A DNA stretch of 41,460 bases, from positions 1 through 41,460 of IMG/VR virus record IMGVR_UViG_3300009068_000072. The stretch is one strand, 5' to 3'. Origin of the DNA: a virus. Lineage: Duplodnaviria > Caudoviricetes. Below, one piece after another: positions 28,674 through 37,922 of the stretch (its first letter is position 1; every line of letters begins with the position of its first letter). The notes beneath the pieces were generated by a model. That model did no database searches, was not told the origin of the DNA, and saw nothing but the letters and a program-made list of their open reading frames with translations. The position numbers and the translations under genes are program-made.

Positions 28674-30612
28674 TTTTTATATCCTCAGATTTTTTACTAT
28701 GATAAAGGATACTAGCAACATAAGTGTCTAATCCATGCTCTACAGCTATACTTTCAATATCTGAAATTTTATCAAGATTTTTATCTTTAGGGTTCTTTAC
28801 ATATTCATCTACAACTGAATCCCAAGTTTCTGGAGTTTCATTTGAAGCAATAATTTTTACTATTTCAAATGCAACTTCTTTTTGTTGTTTAGATAGCTTG
28901 CGGAGAGAATGTTTTTCTCTCAAAGATGCTTCTACTTTTTCTTGCAATCTTGAGGCAAGAACAAAATTATCTTTAATTTTCTCTATATTAAATAGTGAGG
29001 CTTTAGATTGTTTGCCTTGACCTTTTGGATTAATATTTTTTGTACTTTGAGGAATTCCAGTTGATCCAGATGGTCTTCCGGGTTCTGATCCTATTTTAGC
29101 TCCGCCAATAAGTGGTTGATAAAGACCTTGATCTTTTAATTCTCTAAATTTTTCTTGAGACGCAATTGACTCTTCCGTTTGCGGAAGTTTTCCAGATTCA
29201 ATTGCAGCAAGACCCTCTTCTGGAGTTAAGATACCGAGTTCCATTAATCTTGTAAAAATTCTAGAATATTGAACATCATCTTTAAGATCAATATCTTCAA
29301 AGAATGGAGTTGGATAATTTTTAAATCCAAGATCTCTGCTGATTCTTCTAATTTCTGGATACAAGAAATTATTTAAGAAAGATTCTCTAGATTGTTTGAG
29401 TCTTTCAATAAACACTTGCACCTTCATGCTTCCATTAGCGAACTTATCATTTCCAATTAGAATATTATTTAAACCAACTAAAATATCTCTATCTACAACT
29501 TCATATTTTTCTGGTCCCATTAAATTGCCAATTTCTGGAATAACAAATTGAGCTTTTGTTGTATAATCTGCAATAAGAACCCGACCAACGCTTTGATTTG
29601 TAAATAAGTTTTGCATCGCTTCAAGATTCTTTTGATTAACTCCGCCTTTATCTGGATCAGTTCCCATTGTTACTAATAGAACTATTTGTTGCATTGTGCG
29701 AGCAATAGACATATCCATCTTTTTCATTTCTGCTTTCCAGTTAATATCTTCAAGAACTGGGAATCCCATTGGAACTGCAAATGGCTCGTAATCTTGTTTC
29801 TTATAAAATACAGCGCAAAGTCTATCGCGATCTAATGGTAGAGTTAAAATGCCAACTCTAGTTTTTGTAATAAGTTTTTGTGTTTCTGGCGGTAAACTTT
29901 CTAATACTTCTTTATCTTCTGGAGTCTTTGGAGCTTTTAATCTTTCTAATTCATAATCTGTTAAAATTTTATAATATCTTCCTACTGAAAAATTAATTGT
30001 TCCACCAATTTGAACATCAGCTGGATTAATAATATTATATCTTGCTGGTAACATAACATCCGCAGCTTTTGCAGATAATCCAAAAGTTTGAGTAATTCTA
30101 TTAACATCTTCTGGTTTAATTTTTGTATCAAAACGATAAATAAATACATTACCACTTCGATAATATTCACGGAAAAATTGATCAAGCAAATCAAATATAT
30201 TTATTTTCTTTAACCATGCGCTAAAAAAATCTCTACTTTTTTGACTTCCACCTTTAAAATAAATATTGCTACAAGAAAATTCTGTCATTAAATCAATAGT
30301 GTTTCTAAATACTGCAAAGTTATAATAGCATTTTTGGCAGAGAATGACCGCGTCACGGACATTCATATTAGAGCTATTAGATATACCAGTTGAATATCTA
30401 AAAGGAATTAAACCACTATCAATATTCCTATATCTATCTGTTCTAATAATATCAGCTGATACATTTCTTCTGAGTTGGGTATGAGAAGCATCTCCAGAGT
30501 CTGAACCGTAAGCTGCAGCTTTAGCCTCGTAAGTAGAAGCATCTGCTACCATTAGAGGTTGGATTTCTTCACTTTTTACGATTTTTTCTTCTTTTTTAGA
30601 TTTTTTAGCCAT
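28666..30612 (-). CDS. Portal protein
   Basis: 648 aa directly downstream of TerL; VFRNTIDLMTEF..FFREYYRSGNVFIY..GILTPEE..GRPSG features; GTGTAAT at 30627-30633. Confidence 0.85.
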   Translation of the reverse strand: MAKKSKKEEKIVKSEEIQPLMVADASTYEAKAAAYGSDSGDASHTQLRRNVSADIIRTDRYRNIDSGLIPFRYSTGISNSSNMNVRDAVILCQKCYYNFAVFRNTIDLMTEFSCSNIYFKGGSQKSRDFFSAWLKKINIFDLLDQFFREYYRSGNVFIYRFDTKIKPEDVNRITQTFGLSAKAADVMLPARYNIINPADVQIGGTINFSVGRYYKILTDYELERLKAPKTPEDKEVLESLPPETQKLITKTRVGILTLPLDRDRLCAVFYKKQDYEPFAVPMGFPVLEDINWKAEMKKMDMSIARTMQQIVLLVTMGTDPDKGGVNQKNLEAMQNLFTNQSVGRVLIADYTTKAQFVIPEIGNLMGPEKYEVVDRDILVGLNNILIGNDKFANGSMKVQVFIERLKQSRESFLNNFLYPEIRRISRDLGFKNYPTPFFEDIDLKDDVQYSRIFTRLMELGILTPEEGLAAIESGKLPQTEESIASQEKFRELKDQGLYQPLIGGAKIGSEPGRPSGSTGIPQSTKNINPKGQGKQSKASLFNIEKIKDNFVLASRLQEKVEASLREKHSLRKLSKQQKEVAFEIVKIIASNETPETWDSVVDEYVKNPKDKNLDKISDIESIAVEHGLDTYVASILYHSKKSEDIKNG

Positions 30613-30634
30613 TTTTATTCCTAAATATTACACA

Positions 30635-32479
30635 TTATCTTATCATAATAGGCGAAAAAGTAGCTTCTGCCTGTACGGTTTGAACTGTCATCATATCATT
30701 ATAGCACTTTATTGCCCAATTTGCTAACATAAATGCTGAATAATTATCTTTTCTGGCTTTATTCGCTGATACGCTTCTTTTTAAATGTTGAGGTAAATCG
30801 AAGCTTTGAGTACCACGGCTAGTAGCTGAGTGTTCAATTAATACGCATTGTTTTTTCGTCTGATAGATAAAGTCGTCTTGATTTTCAATAAAGTCTAAAA
30901 CTGTCCAATCCTTCTTATCATCTACTTTCATTAAATCTAATGGTAAATTTAACCCTACTGTTTGATTAAATGAGGTTTCATCTGAAGCTGTTCTACTTGC
31001 AAACCATACTCTTTTATAATCAATACAAGCTTGTAAATATTCATTCGCTTTACGAATAAAATTACTTGTGAATACTTGATTAAATGCTATTCTTTTGTCA
31101 TCTAAATTATATTTATTTTTAGCGTTTTTAATCATCAAATCATAATCTACGCCTTCTAGCTCTGAGTCTATATCTAATGTTTTAATTTCTAATCTATTAT
31201 TTTTAAATAAAGTAGATTGATTGCATGCAGATAAAAATGTATCCGCACCCGCATTATCAAGAACCATAAATACAATATTAAAATTAGTTAAAATATAATA
31301 AAGATAATTAACGTGATTTTTTAAATTACCAAGACCTGCATAAGTATGAACTAAAATACCTTGACCCTTTTCCTCATCTAGTTCCATAACTGCCATAGCA
31401 AAATAATCCGCATTAGGACTATCACTCATATTAGGATCAATTCCTAGGATATATTTTTTCTTAGCGTCGCCCTTCATTAAAGTATGAGGTGATTCTCCAG
31501 TTTTTAATGTACATTCTTCCATCTTTTTTGCGTTAAAATAACTATCACTACCATCTGTGAATTGTGCGCAATATTCTCGTAAGAATCCACTATGACTTGA
31601 TCCGCCAGCTTGAGCTTCTTCAATAATTGTTTTATCAATCATTTCTTCTGGAAGAGCCTCGTAACTTAATTGACTAACAAAATATGTAGCTTCACCTCTT
31701 TCTGGACTATTAATTTTCTCACACCATTCATTATAGGTTTTATAAAGATTTTCAAATGTATAACTTGCAGATGAAAGAGCAATCATCTTGCTTGTATTTT
31801 CAAATACCATTCTGCCTTCTTCTTTCATTAATCCTTCTGATATTAGTTTATCTTCAAACTCGCGAATTTCCATTCGTTCTTTCATATTCTGTGGGGCTAC
31901 CAAGAATGGCATCAAAACATTTTTAATAATTTCTTCTGGAAGCAAAAGAAACTCGTCAAGTACAAGAATGTTCGCGCGAAAACCTCGAATTTTTTCTCCG
32001 TTAAGAGGAATAGCTACAATGCTTCCACCGTTTATTTGCCATTCAAATTGATCATTTCTTTTAGCTTTTGCGCCAAAACATTGAGCTAATAGTTCTGCTC
32101 CTTTACTATCTACAATTTTTTCTAGATTATTAAAAATAAAACGGGCAGTTCTAAATGTTGGACCAGCAATTAAAATTTTAGTATTAGGTTCAAATACGCA
32201 TTGAAGAAAACAAAATACTGCTGCCATAAATGATTTACCACAACCACGACCAAACACGCACATATTAAAATTTCTATTCATTAAAGCTTTAAGATGTAAT
32301 TCTTGATATGAAGCTAATTTAACCCCGCTAATAAGTTCTGTTGTAAATCCTAAGTTAGCTCTGAGAAATTTAGCTAAAGTAATTTTGGCTTCTTTATCAT
32401 TAAGAAAACCCTTTAATTGTGAAAGTTCTGCGTTCACATCTTTGACTTCTCTTATATATTTATCTGGACAATATATCAT
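30635..32479 (-). CDS. terL: Terminase large subunit
   Basis: Walker A GRGCGKS, IRGFRANILVLDE Walker B, ALSS motif III, RNase H-like ILGIDP and RKD. Confidence 0.95.
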   Translation of the reverse strand: MIYCPDKYIREVKDVNAELSQLKGFLNDKEAKITLAKFLRANLGFTTELISGVKLASYQELHLKALMNRNFNMCVFGRGCGKSFMAAVFCFLQCVFEPNTKILIAGPTFRTARFIFNNLEKIVDSKGAELLAQCFGAKAKRNDQFEWQINGGSIVAIPLNGEKIRGFRANILVLDEFLLLPEEIIKNVLMPFLVAPQNMKERMEIREFEDKLISEGLMKEEGRMVFENTSKMIALSSASYTFENLYKTYNEWCEKINSPERGEATYFVSQLSYEALPEEMIDKTIIEEAQAGGSSHSGFLREYCAQFTDGSDSYFNAKKMEECTLKTGESPHTLMKGDAKKKYILGIDPNMSDSPNADYFAMAVMELDEEKGQGILVHTYAGLGNLKNHVNYLYYILTNFNIVFMVLDNAGADTFLSACNQSTLFKNNRLEIKTLDIDSELEGVDYDLMIKNAKNKYNLDDKRIAFNQVFTSNFIRKANEYLQACIDYKRVWFASRTASDETSFNQTVGLNLPLDLMKVDDKKDWTVLDFIENQDDFIYQTKKQCVLIEHSATSRGTQSFDLPQHLKRSVSANKARKDNYSAFMLANWAIKCYNDMMTVQTVQAEATFSPIMIR

Positions 32480-33411
32480 AAAATTTTCATATCATAAGCT
32501 AATTGTAGGTCTATCTTCTTATAGAAACAGTTACTTGCAAAAATAGATTCAATTATTCTAGTCATCTCTCCTCGACCATCAACAAATAGAAATTGTAAAT
32601 TATCATAATTTTGTAAAAGTTCTCGCACATTATGGAATATATATTCTGGTGTTGCTTTTATTTTTTTGCTAATATGGGGAAGATATTGGAAGCTCAAAGC
32701 ACTTGTTAATTTTTCTTCGACCATAACAATGATATAAGAATTATTCTTTTTCGCTTTCTCGATTTCATTTTTAAATCTATCAAAATTCTTGACACTAAGA
32801 GTGCTAATAAAATCGCTAAGACTTTTTCTTTCTATAAAGCAGCCACAATTATCATTTGAGCAAGCATAATCTCCAAATCCAAGAGTTTTAATTTCGAATG
32901 GCGTATTGAATTTAAGCCAGCTTTGTTCACGAGTATCAACATAGATTGTATCTTTGTTTGTTAATTTATTTTTAAAATGATCTCCTACAAGATTAGCATG
33001 AATGAATTTATTCTCTAGACCAATAGATGAGCAAATGTCATAATAATCTTTAAATATACTATTATAAAATATAATAGATGGCGCCATGATAGTTCTAAGT
33101 TCGACTTGGGTTGGAGAATATATAAGATTTTTAACTTCTTTTCTTTTGATTAATAATTCTTTGCAATACTCTTGAGCTTTTTCTGGAGTTTGGGCCTTGA
33201 GCCACTTCTTCATATTATTCTTATCATTAAAATCGCTATTTAAATATTGTTCTTTAGTTTTAAAATTAATTAACTCATTGGTTAATAAGTCTCTACGCTC
33301 AAAATACTTTTGATAGTATTTAACTTTATTAAGACCATATCCTTTTAAAGCCATATGAAGAGCTTTATCATCTTTAAATTCTTTACCATCAACTTTACAT
33401 ATAACTGACAT
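32476..33411 (-). CDS. ERCC4 (XPF/Mus81)-like nuclease domain protein
   Basis: IYVDTREQ..TLGFGDY..FIERKSLSDF..RFKNEI, matching the GDXnERKX3D signature. Confidence 0.85.
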   Translation of the reverse strand: MSVICKVDGKEFKDDKALHMALKGYGLNKVKYYQKYFERRDLLTNELINFKTKEQYLNSDFNDKNNMKKWLKAQTPEKAQEYCKELLIKRKEVKNLIYSPTQVELRTIMAPSIIFYNSIFKDYYDICSSIGLENKFIHANLVGDHFKNKLTNKDTIYVDTREQSWLKFNTPFEIKTLGFGDYACSNDNCGCFIERKSLSDFISTLSVKNFDRFKNEIEKAKKNNSYIIVMVEEKLTSALSFQYLPHISKKIKATPEYIFHNVRELLQNYDNLQFLFVDGRGEMTRIIESIFASNCFYKKIDLQLAYDMKIL

Positions 33412-33414
33412 AAA

Positions 33415-34509
33415 TTATCCGTTCAATATTTCGTCTCTAGAAATTCCCAAAATTTTGCATTTAACTTCTTCCATAGTGGATAGTCTGTCGATTTCTTTTT
33501 CTAAAACTTGCTTTCTCATTTCAGCCATTTTTAATAGTTTTGCTCTACTCTCTTCTTCTTTCCACATCTGAACAAGATTAATAACTGAAGCTGTTTCTTT
33601 AACTTGTTTGCTAAGTCTTTCGCTACGCTTTACTTTAAGATCATTATTTAATTTTTGCTGACGATTGACGCAATCATTATATTCTTTACGAGCGGTATTA
33701 CTTGCTTCTACTAGAGCCATTGGAATCTTACCATCTTCTTGGATAGCCATATCAATTTGATCTTGTAACACAGTAATTGTTTGTTGAATATTAGACGATA
33801 TTAATACTTCTGTGCAAAGTACAATATATTGATCAACTTCTTCTTGAGTTAAATCTCCTTTATTGTATGTATATCTTATAAAACTACTTTCGAATAATTC
33901 TCTGTCTGGTTCATTGTCGTAAAGATTAATTTGATGAATGAAACGATGAGTATTCATATAACCAATAAGCGCATTAGTTTCTCTTTTTTGCGCATGGGTT
34001 ATTTTTGTTTTATCAATTCCATCCATAACGTATTTATTAATTTTAGCTATAGTTCTTTCTTCGCTGCGAGGTGGTTTATAAATTCCATTTACAACTTCTT
34101 CATTTTCATTATTATTAAATTTTATATTACTTGGTATAATCTTCATGTATTCAAGAATACTTCTTGTTTCTTGAGATAGATTTGTCAATGTTTCATTTTT
34201 AAATAAAATTTTAGCCATCTCTAATCCAGTCATTGTGTGGCAATTATTGCTAATATATTCTTTTTGATCGTTATCTAATTCTTTAAGACCTTTAGCTTGG
34301 TATTCATGACTTTTTCTTGGCTTAATAGATCTGGATGCTAAAAATTCTTTAACAGCTTTGCCCTCTTTGCTTCTGCCATCAAGATCGTCTCTATCAAAAG
34401 CTAACTTAACTAACTCTACTAACGATGGTGGATTATCTGGACGATTATTCCATTCATTTAATAGTTTTAATTGTTGCTCTTCTGTTAGCTCTGGTAAATT
34501 TTCGCTCAT
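33415..34509 (-). CDS. Hypothetical protein (possible TerS-like DNA-binding protein)
   Basis: 364 aa, HTH-like segment (MTGLEMAKILF), C-terminal coiled coil, upstream of nuclease and TerL; function is a guess. Confidence 0.4.
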   Translation of the reverse strand: MSENLPELTEEQQLKLLNEWNNRPDNPPSLVELVKLAFDRDDLDGRSKEGKAVKEFLASRSIKPRKSHEYQAKGLKELDNDQKEYISNNCHTMTGLEMAKILFKNETLTNLSQETRSILEYMKIIPSNIKFNNNENEEVVNGIYKPPRSEERTIAKINKYVMDGIDKTKITHAQKRETNALIGYMNTHRFIHQINLYDNEPDRELFESSFIRYTYNKGDLTQEEVDQYIVLCTEVLISSNIQQTITVLQDQIDMAIQEDGKIPMALVEASNTARKEYNDCVNRQQKLNNDLKVKRSERLSKQVKETASVINLVQMWKEEESRAKLLKMAEMRKQVLEKEIDRLSTMEEVKCKILGISRDEILNG

Positions 34510-34510
34510 A

Positions 34511-35191
34511 TTAGTGGATGTCTATATCTCCGTTATATAGATGTTTTTTAACTTTTACTATAATAATCTTTTTAATATTTTTAATTTGTTTGTATCCTGC
34601 AATTCTATTCTTTTCGCTTGTTCTGTATCCCATTAATTTTGCTGTTTGCTCCTCATCTTTACCTTCAATATATAAATGCTGATATACTTTCCATTCAATT
34701 GGTTTTAAAACTTTTTGCATTTTAGTATGAATATTCTCTGCGGTTTTTTCCATATTAAAATTATCTGTTGGCTTGTCGTTAATTTCTTGATGATGATTTT
34801 CTATACTAAGAGTTAATTTTGTATCGTGAGCATTCTTTTTGCTTTTTTCCCAATTTGCATAAAGTGGACAAGCCTTACATTGACTTGAGTAAATCGCACA
34901 ACCATCTTCACCTTCGGCTGCTGCACATTTAAGACAAGGACGCGTAAAATTACTATAATTATTTCTAATTAAATTTTTAATCTGATTACTTATGATTCTA
35001 TTGACCCAAGGCGCAAGAGGTTTTGCAGCGTCGTATAGATGCCATTTTTTGTAAATATGTATTCGCAGGATCTGCGATACATCACTAAAATCCATCCAAT
35101 TAATTGCTGTTAAATTCCACTTATTTTTTCTTTTGATAATTTCAGAATTTATTGAATCAATTAGACTCTCAAAGGTAGGCTTTTTAGCCAT
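34511..35191 (-). CDS. Phage RNA polymerase sigma factor (sigma70/ECF-like) with Cys-rich insert
   Basis: Region 2 DFSDVSQ..KKWHLYD..LAPWVNRIISNQIKNLIR; region 4 LKPIEWKVYQHLYIEGKDEEQTAKLMG. Confidence 0.8.
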   Translation of the reverse strand: MAKKPTFESLIDSINSEIIKRKNKWNLTAINWMDFSDVSQILRIHIYKKWHLYDAAKPLAPWVNRIISNQIKNLIRNNYSNFTRPCLKCAAAEGEDGCAIYSSQCKACPLYANWEKSKKNAHDTKLTLSIENHHQEINDKPTDNFNMEKTAENIHTKMQKVLKPIEWKVYQHLYIEGKDEEQTAKLMGYRTSEKNRIAGYKQIKNIKKIIIVKVKKHLYNGDIDIH

Positions 35192-35654
35192 CTTTGCGTC
35201 CTCGTGAGGAACGTACAGATCCAGCTTCTCTTTTGAAGTCTTCTAAAAATTTCTTACGATCTGCTTTTGTAGTTGGTTTTCCTTGTATTTTTTCTCTTTT
35301 TGCTCCGCCTCTTGAGCTTCCAATGATATCTCCAATTTTAGTTTTAGTCGAGGGATATCCTTGATCAATTTCAACGTCTAATCTACGAATTGGCGGAACG
35401 CTATTGACATCATTAATATCATCTTCAGGATCATCAAAATCAGGATCTGTATCTTCATCTTGTGTATTTGTTGCTTTTTGTAATCTTGGAGAAATCTTCT
35501 TAGGTGCAACTGGTTTATCTGCTGTTGGTTTTTGAAGCAAAACTTTATTAACAACTAGCTTATCAAAGGGTGTTCCGCATGAACTGCAAAATTTTGGTTT
35601 AGAAGCTGAATAACTAGTTGGACTACCACATTCTGTACAATATAATTTTAGCAT
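35184..35654 (-). CDS. Zinc-ribbon protein
   Basis: N-terminal CTEC..CSSC; acidic and basic low-complexity tail; TATAAT just upstream of ATG. Confidence 0.75.
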   Translation of the reverse strand: MLKLYCTECGSPTSYSASKPKFCSSCGTPFDKLVVNKVLLQKPTADKPVAPKKISPRLQKATNTQDEDTDPDFDDPEDDINDVNSVPPIRRLDVEIDQGYPSTKTKIGDIIGSSRGGAKREKIQGKPTTKADRKKFLEDFKREAGSVRSSRGRKDG

Positions 35655-35697
35655 AATACTAATTATACTTAAAATTAATTAAAATTTCAATATTTAA

Positions 35698-36417
35698 TTA
35701 GTGTAGTTCTTCGAATTTTTCAATAATATAGGCTAAAATATCGTTTCGCATAATATCTTCTCTGCCAAATTTAAATGTATGGATGCCTTTGTCAGCACTC
35801 TTTTTATCATCAAAAAGATTATATGTTTTTTCAAATCCGCTATTTTTAATATCTGCTTGTCTAATATCTCCAATTAATATTAATTTACTAAATCTACCCA
35901 TTCTAGTAGTAATTAACAATAAATCATGTATGCTTAAATTTTGAGCTTCGTCACAAATAATATAACTAGCATTAATACTTAATCCTCTTAAAAATCCTAC
36001 TGGCAGTCCTTTTACTCGTTCTTGCTTTAAGAGCATTTCTACTTGATTCTTTGGCAATAATTCGTAGAGTTTATCCATTAATGGTTGCAGATAAGGATCT
36101 AATTTACTATGAAGATCGCCCTTAAGAAAACCTAGATTATGAGAAGAACTTTCTACAGGATTACGAACATAGAATATTTCGCCTATTTTTTTACTATTAA
36201 TTGCGTTTAAAGCTGCGTATACACTAAGGAGACTCTTGGCTGTTCCTGCTGGGCCTTTGCAGAATACCATCTTAGTATTCTTATCTTGAAGTAGTTGAAT
36301 AAATTTCTTTTGATTATCTGTCCATTGTAATTCGCGAATAGTTAAGAAACCTTCAATTTTATCTCTTTGAGGAACAGGAACCGACTTATCTTCTTTTTGC
36401 TTGTTCTTTTTAGACAT
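35698..36417 (-). CDS. phoH: PhoH-like ATPase
   Basis: GPAGTAKS, LGFLKGDL..K.DPY, FLRG, ICDEAQN, TRMG..SKLILIGD..QAD, DIMR. Confidence 0.93.
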   Translation of the reverse strand: MSKKNKQKEDKSVPVPQRDKIEGFLTIRELQWTDNQKKFIQLLQDKNTKMVFCKGPAGTAKSLLSVYAALNAINSKKIGEIFYVRNPVESSSHNLGFLKGDLHSKLDPYLQPLMDKLYELLPKNQVEMLLKQERVKGLPVGFLRGLSINASYIICDEAQNLSIHDLLLITTRMGRFSKLILIGDIRQADIKNSGFEKTYNLFDDKKSADKGIHTFKFGREDIMRNDILAYIIEKFEELH

Positions 36418-36443
36418 GCGACTTACATATAATGTTACACGTA

Positions 36444-36968
36444 TTATACTAATATAGAATTTTTATTAAAAGCCTTAGTTTCTTTGTCGTGTTGGTCTAT
36501 AAAATTTTTAAAGTCTTGTAAAACTTCTCCATTGCCAATTGATGTTATATATAATGTTATTGCTTCATTTTTTTGTTTATATTGTTGGTATTTTTTAAAA
36601 AAAGAATCTAATGAAGATGGAAAAACTCTTATATTTAAATATTTTGGAGAAATACGCGTTGAAAAATCGGTTGAATATGTTTCGCCCATCATGTTTAAGT
36701 ATCTAGTATCTGCAGAGATTTCTTTGCAATATTTTATTAAAGTTTGTTTATCGTTAGAAAATTCAAATTTTGCATTAGTAATAAAAGCTCTATATCCATT
36801 TTTTGTTTTATATATTCTTAAATTTAAATTATTTTTAATATAAAAATCATTACATTTTTTAAATAAATCTTCTTGTTTTATTGAGTCTATATCAAAAACT
36901 GCCATATTGGGGATAGTTAATATTAAATGCTCTGATGAAAAGGTAGCATTTTCTATAGATAAATCCAT
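36444..36968 (-). CDS. Hypothetical protein, possible AEP/primase-like fold
   Basis: Probable start ATG 36968 (MDLSIEN); VFDID..RIYKTKNGYRAFIT..D.RY..FSTRISPK. Confidence 0.55.
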   Translation of the reverse strand: MDLSIENATFSSEHLILTIPNMAVFDIDSIKQEDLFKKCNDFYIKNNLNLRIYKTKNGYRAFITNAKFEFSNDKQTLIKYCKEISADTRYLNMMGETYSTDFSTRISPKYLNIRVFPSSLDSFFKKYQQYKQKNEAITLYITSIGNGEVLQDFKNFIDQHDKETKAFNKNSILV

Positions 36969-36975
36969 ATTATGG

Positions 36976-36995
36976 TTTACACAATTTAGTGTAAA
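36976..36995. promoter_or_regulatory. Back-to-back divergent GTGTAAA promoter motifs
   Basis: TTTACAC-AATTTA-GTGTAAA between divergent starts 36968(-) and 37006(+). Confidence 0.7.
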
Positions 36996-37005
36996 TAGAT
37001 TAACT

Positions 37006-37644
37006 GTGGCATATCTCAACGCAAACATACCTCCTATTGAATGTTACGTGCGTGGCAACTATATGAGGAATCAAGAAGATAGTTTTGATAAGAAATACAG
37101 ATGTTTAATTTTTGGGGTTACAAGTTTACCTAGTCAAGTTCCACTTTTTAATTTCCTTATGGAAGATGGTGGAATTTGGTGGCATGCTCCTATTAGCGCT
37201 TTTTGTTCAAAAGAAGACGCTCCAGATATGGAGTTAACTGAACTAGAACTTTGGGATAGTTTTAGTTATCATATCTCTGTAACAACTTTTTATTTATTAG
37301 AAAATAAAGTAGTTAAATATACTGGACGAAGCGGAAAAGAATATAATGGTCGTTATTTGTTTACTCTTGATTGGGCGCATAGTGATTATAATGAATTGAA
37401 TTTTGGATTTAGTCAAAAGCCAGATCAACATAAAGCTGGCCATGTTATAAAACTCGACAATGGCAATTTCGCAATACAACCTAACAATAGAATAAAAGTA
37501 TTCGATCCAAGCTTCGCAACAAAACAAAATGAATTATTGTTGCAAAGAAAAATAAACTCTCATATTTATACTTCTGAAAATAGCCCCAAATGGGTTACTG
37601 AAGATAGTGATAATTATGATTATAAAATACAGGAGATAAAATGA
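37006..37644 (+). CDS. Phage hypothetical protein (MAYLNANIPP...)
   Basis: In-frame GTG 37006, 10 nt after GTGTAAA; globular composition (QHKAGHVIKLDNGNFAIQPNNR). Confidence 0.75.
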   Translation: MAYLNANIPPIECYVRGNYMRNQEDSFDKKYRCLIFGVTSLPSQVPLFNFLMEDGGIWWHAPISAFCSKEDAPDMELTELELWDSFSYHISVTTFYLLENKVVKYTGRSGKEYNGRYLFTLDWAHSDYNELNFGFSQKPDQHKAGHVIKLDNGNFAIQPNNRIKVFDPSFATKQNELLLQRKINSHIYTSENSPKWVTEDSDNYDYKIQEIK

Positions 37645-37922
37645 ATCATAGTATTAATATAACTAATAGAAATATTCTCGAAGGAGAAAAGGCTAATCCT
37701 CAAAATTGCGCTATCGCTAGAGCAATTAAAGGTAAAATGAAAAAAAAGATAACTGATATATCAGTATTACCAAGTCATGTTACCTTAAGAATAGATAAAA
37801 AAATATTCGTTGCTAAAATGCCAAAAGCGGGCGCTAATTTTATTAAAAGATTTGATCGTGGACAAGCTGTAAATGCTTTTGAATTGAATTTAAAATTCAA
37901 AAAAGGTTTCGCTTTAGTTTAA
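37641..37922 (+). CDS. Hypothetical protein
   Basis: 93 aa, SD AGGAG, ATGA overlap with upstream gene. Confidence 0.75.
   Translation: MNHSINITNRNILEGEKANPQNCAIARAIKGKMKKKITDISVLPSHVTLRIDKKIFVAKMPKAGANFIKRFDRGQAVNAFELNLKFKKGFALV

Noticed and set aside
36907-37028. Apparent head-to-head overlap of two genes
   Set aside because: Disappears with starts at 36968(-) and 37006(+), which flank the paired GTGTAAA motifs
6613-37527. Remaining short opposite-strand or alternative-frame ORFs inside long genes (e.g. 6613..6852, 18635..18907, 28724..29020, 29982..30194, 36484..36843)
   Set aside because: Shadows of well-supported genes with no independent signals
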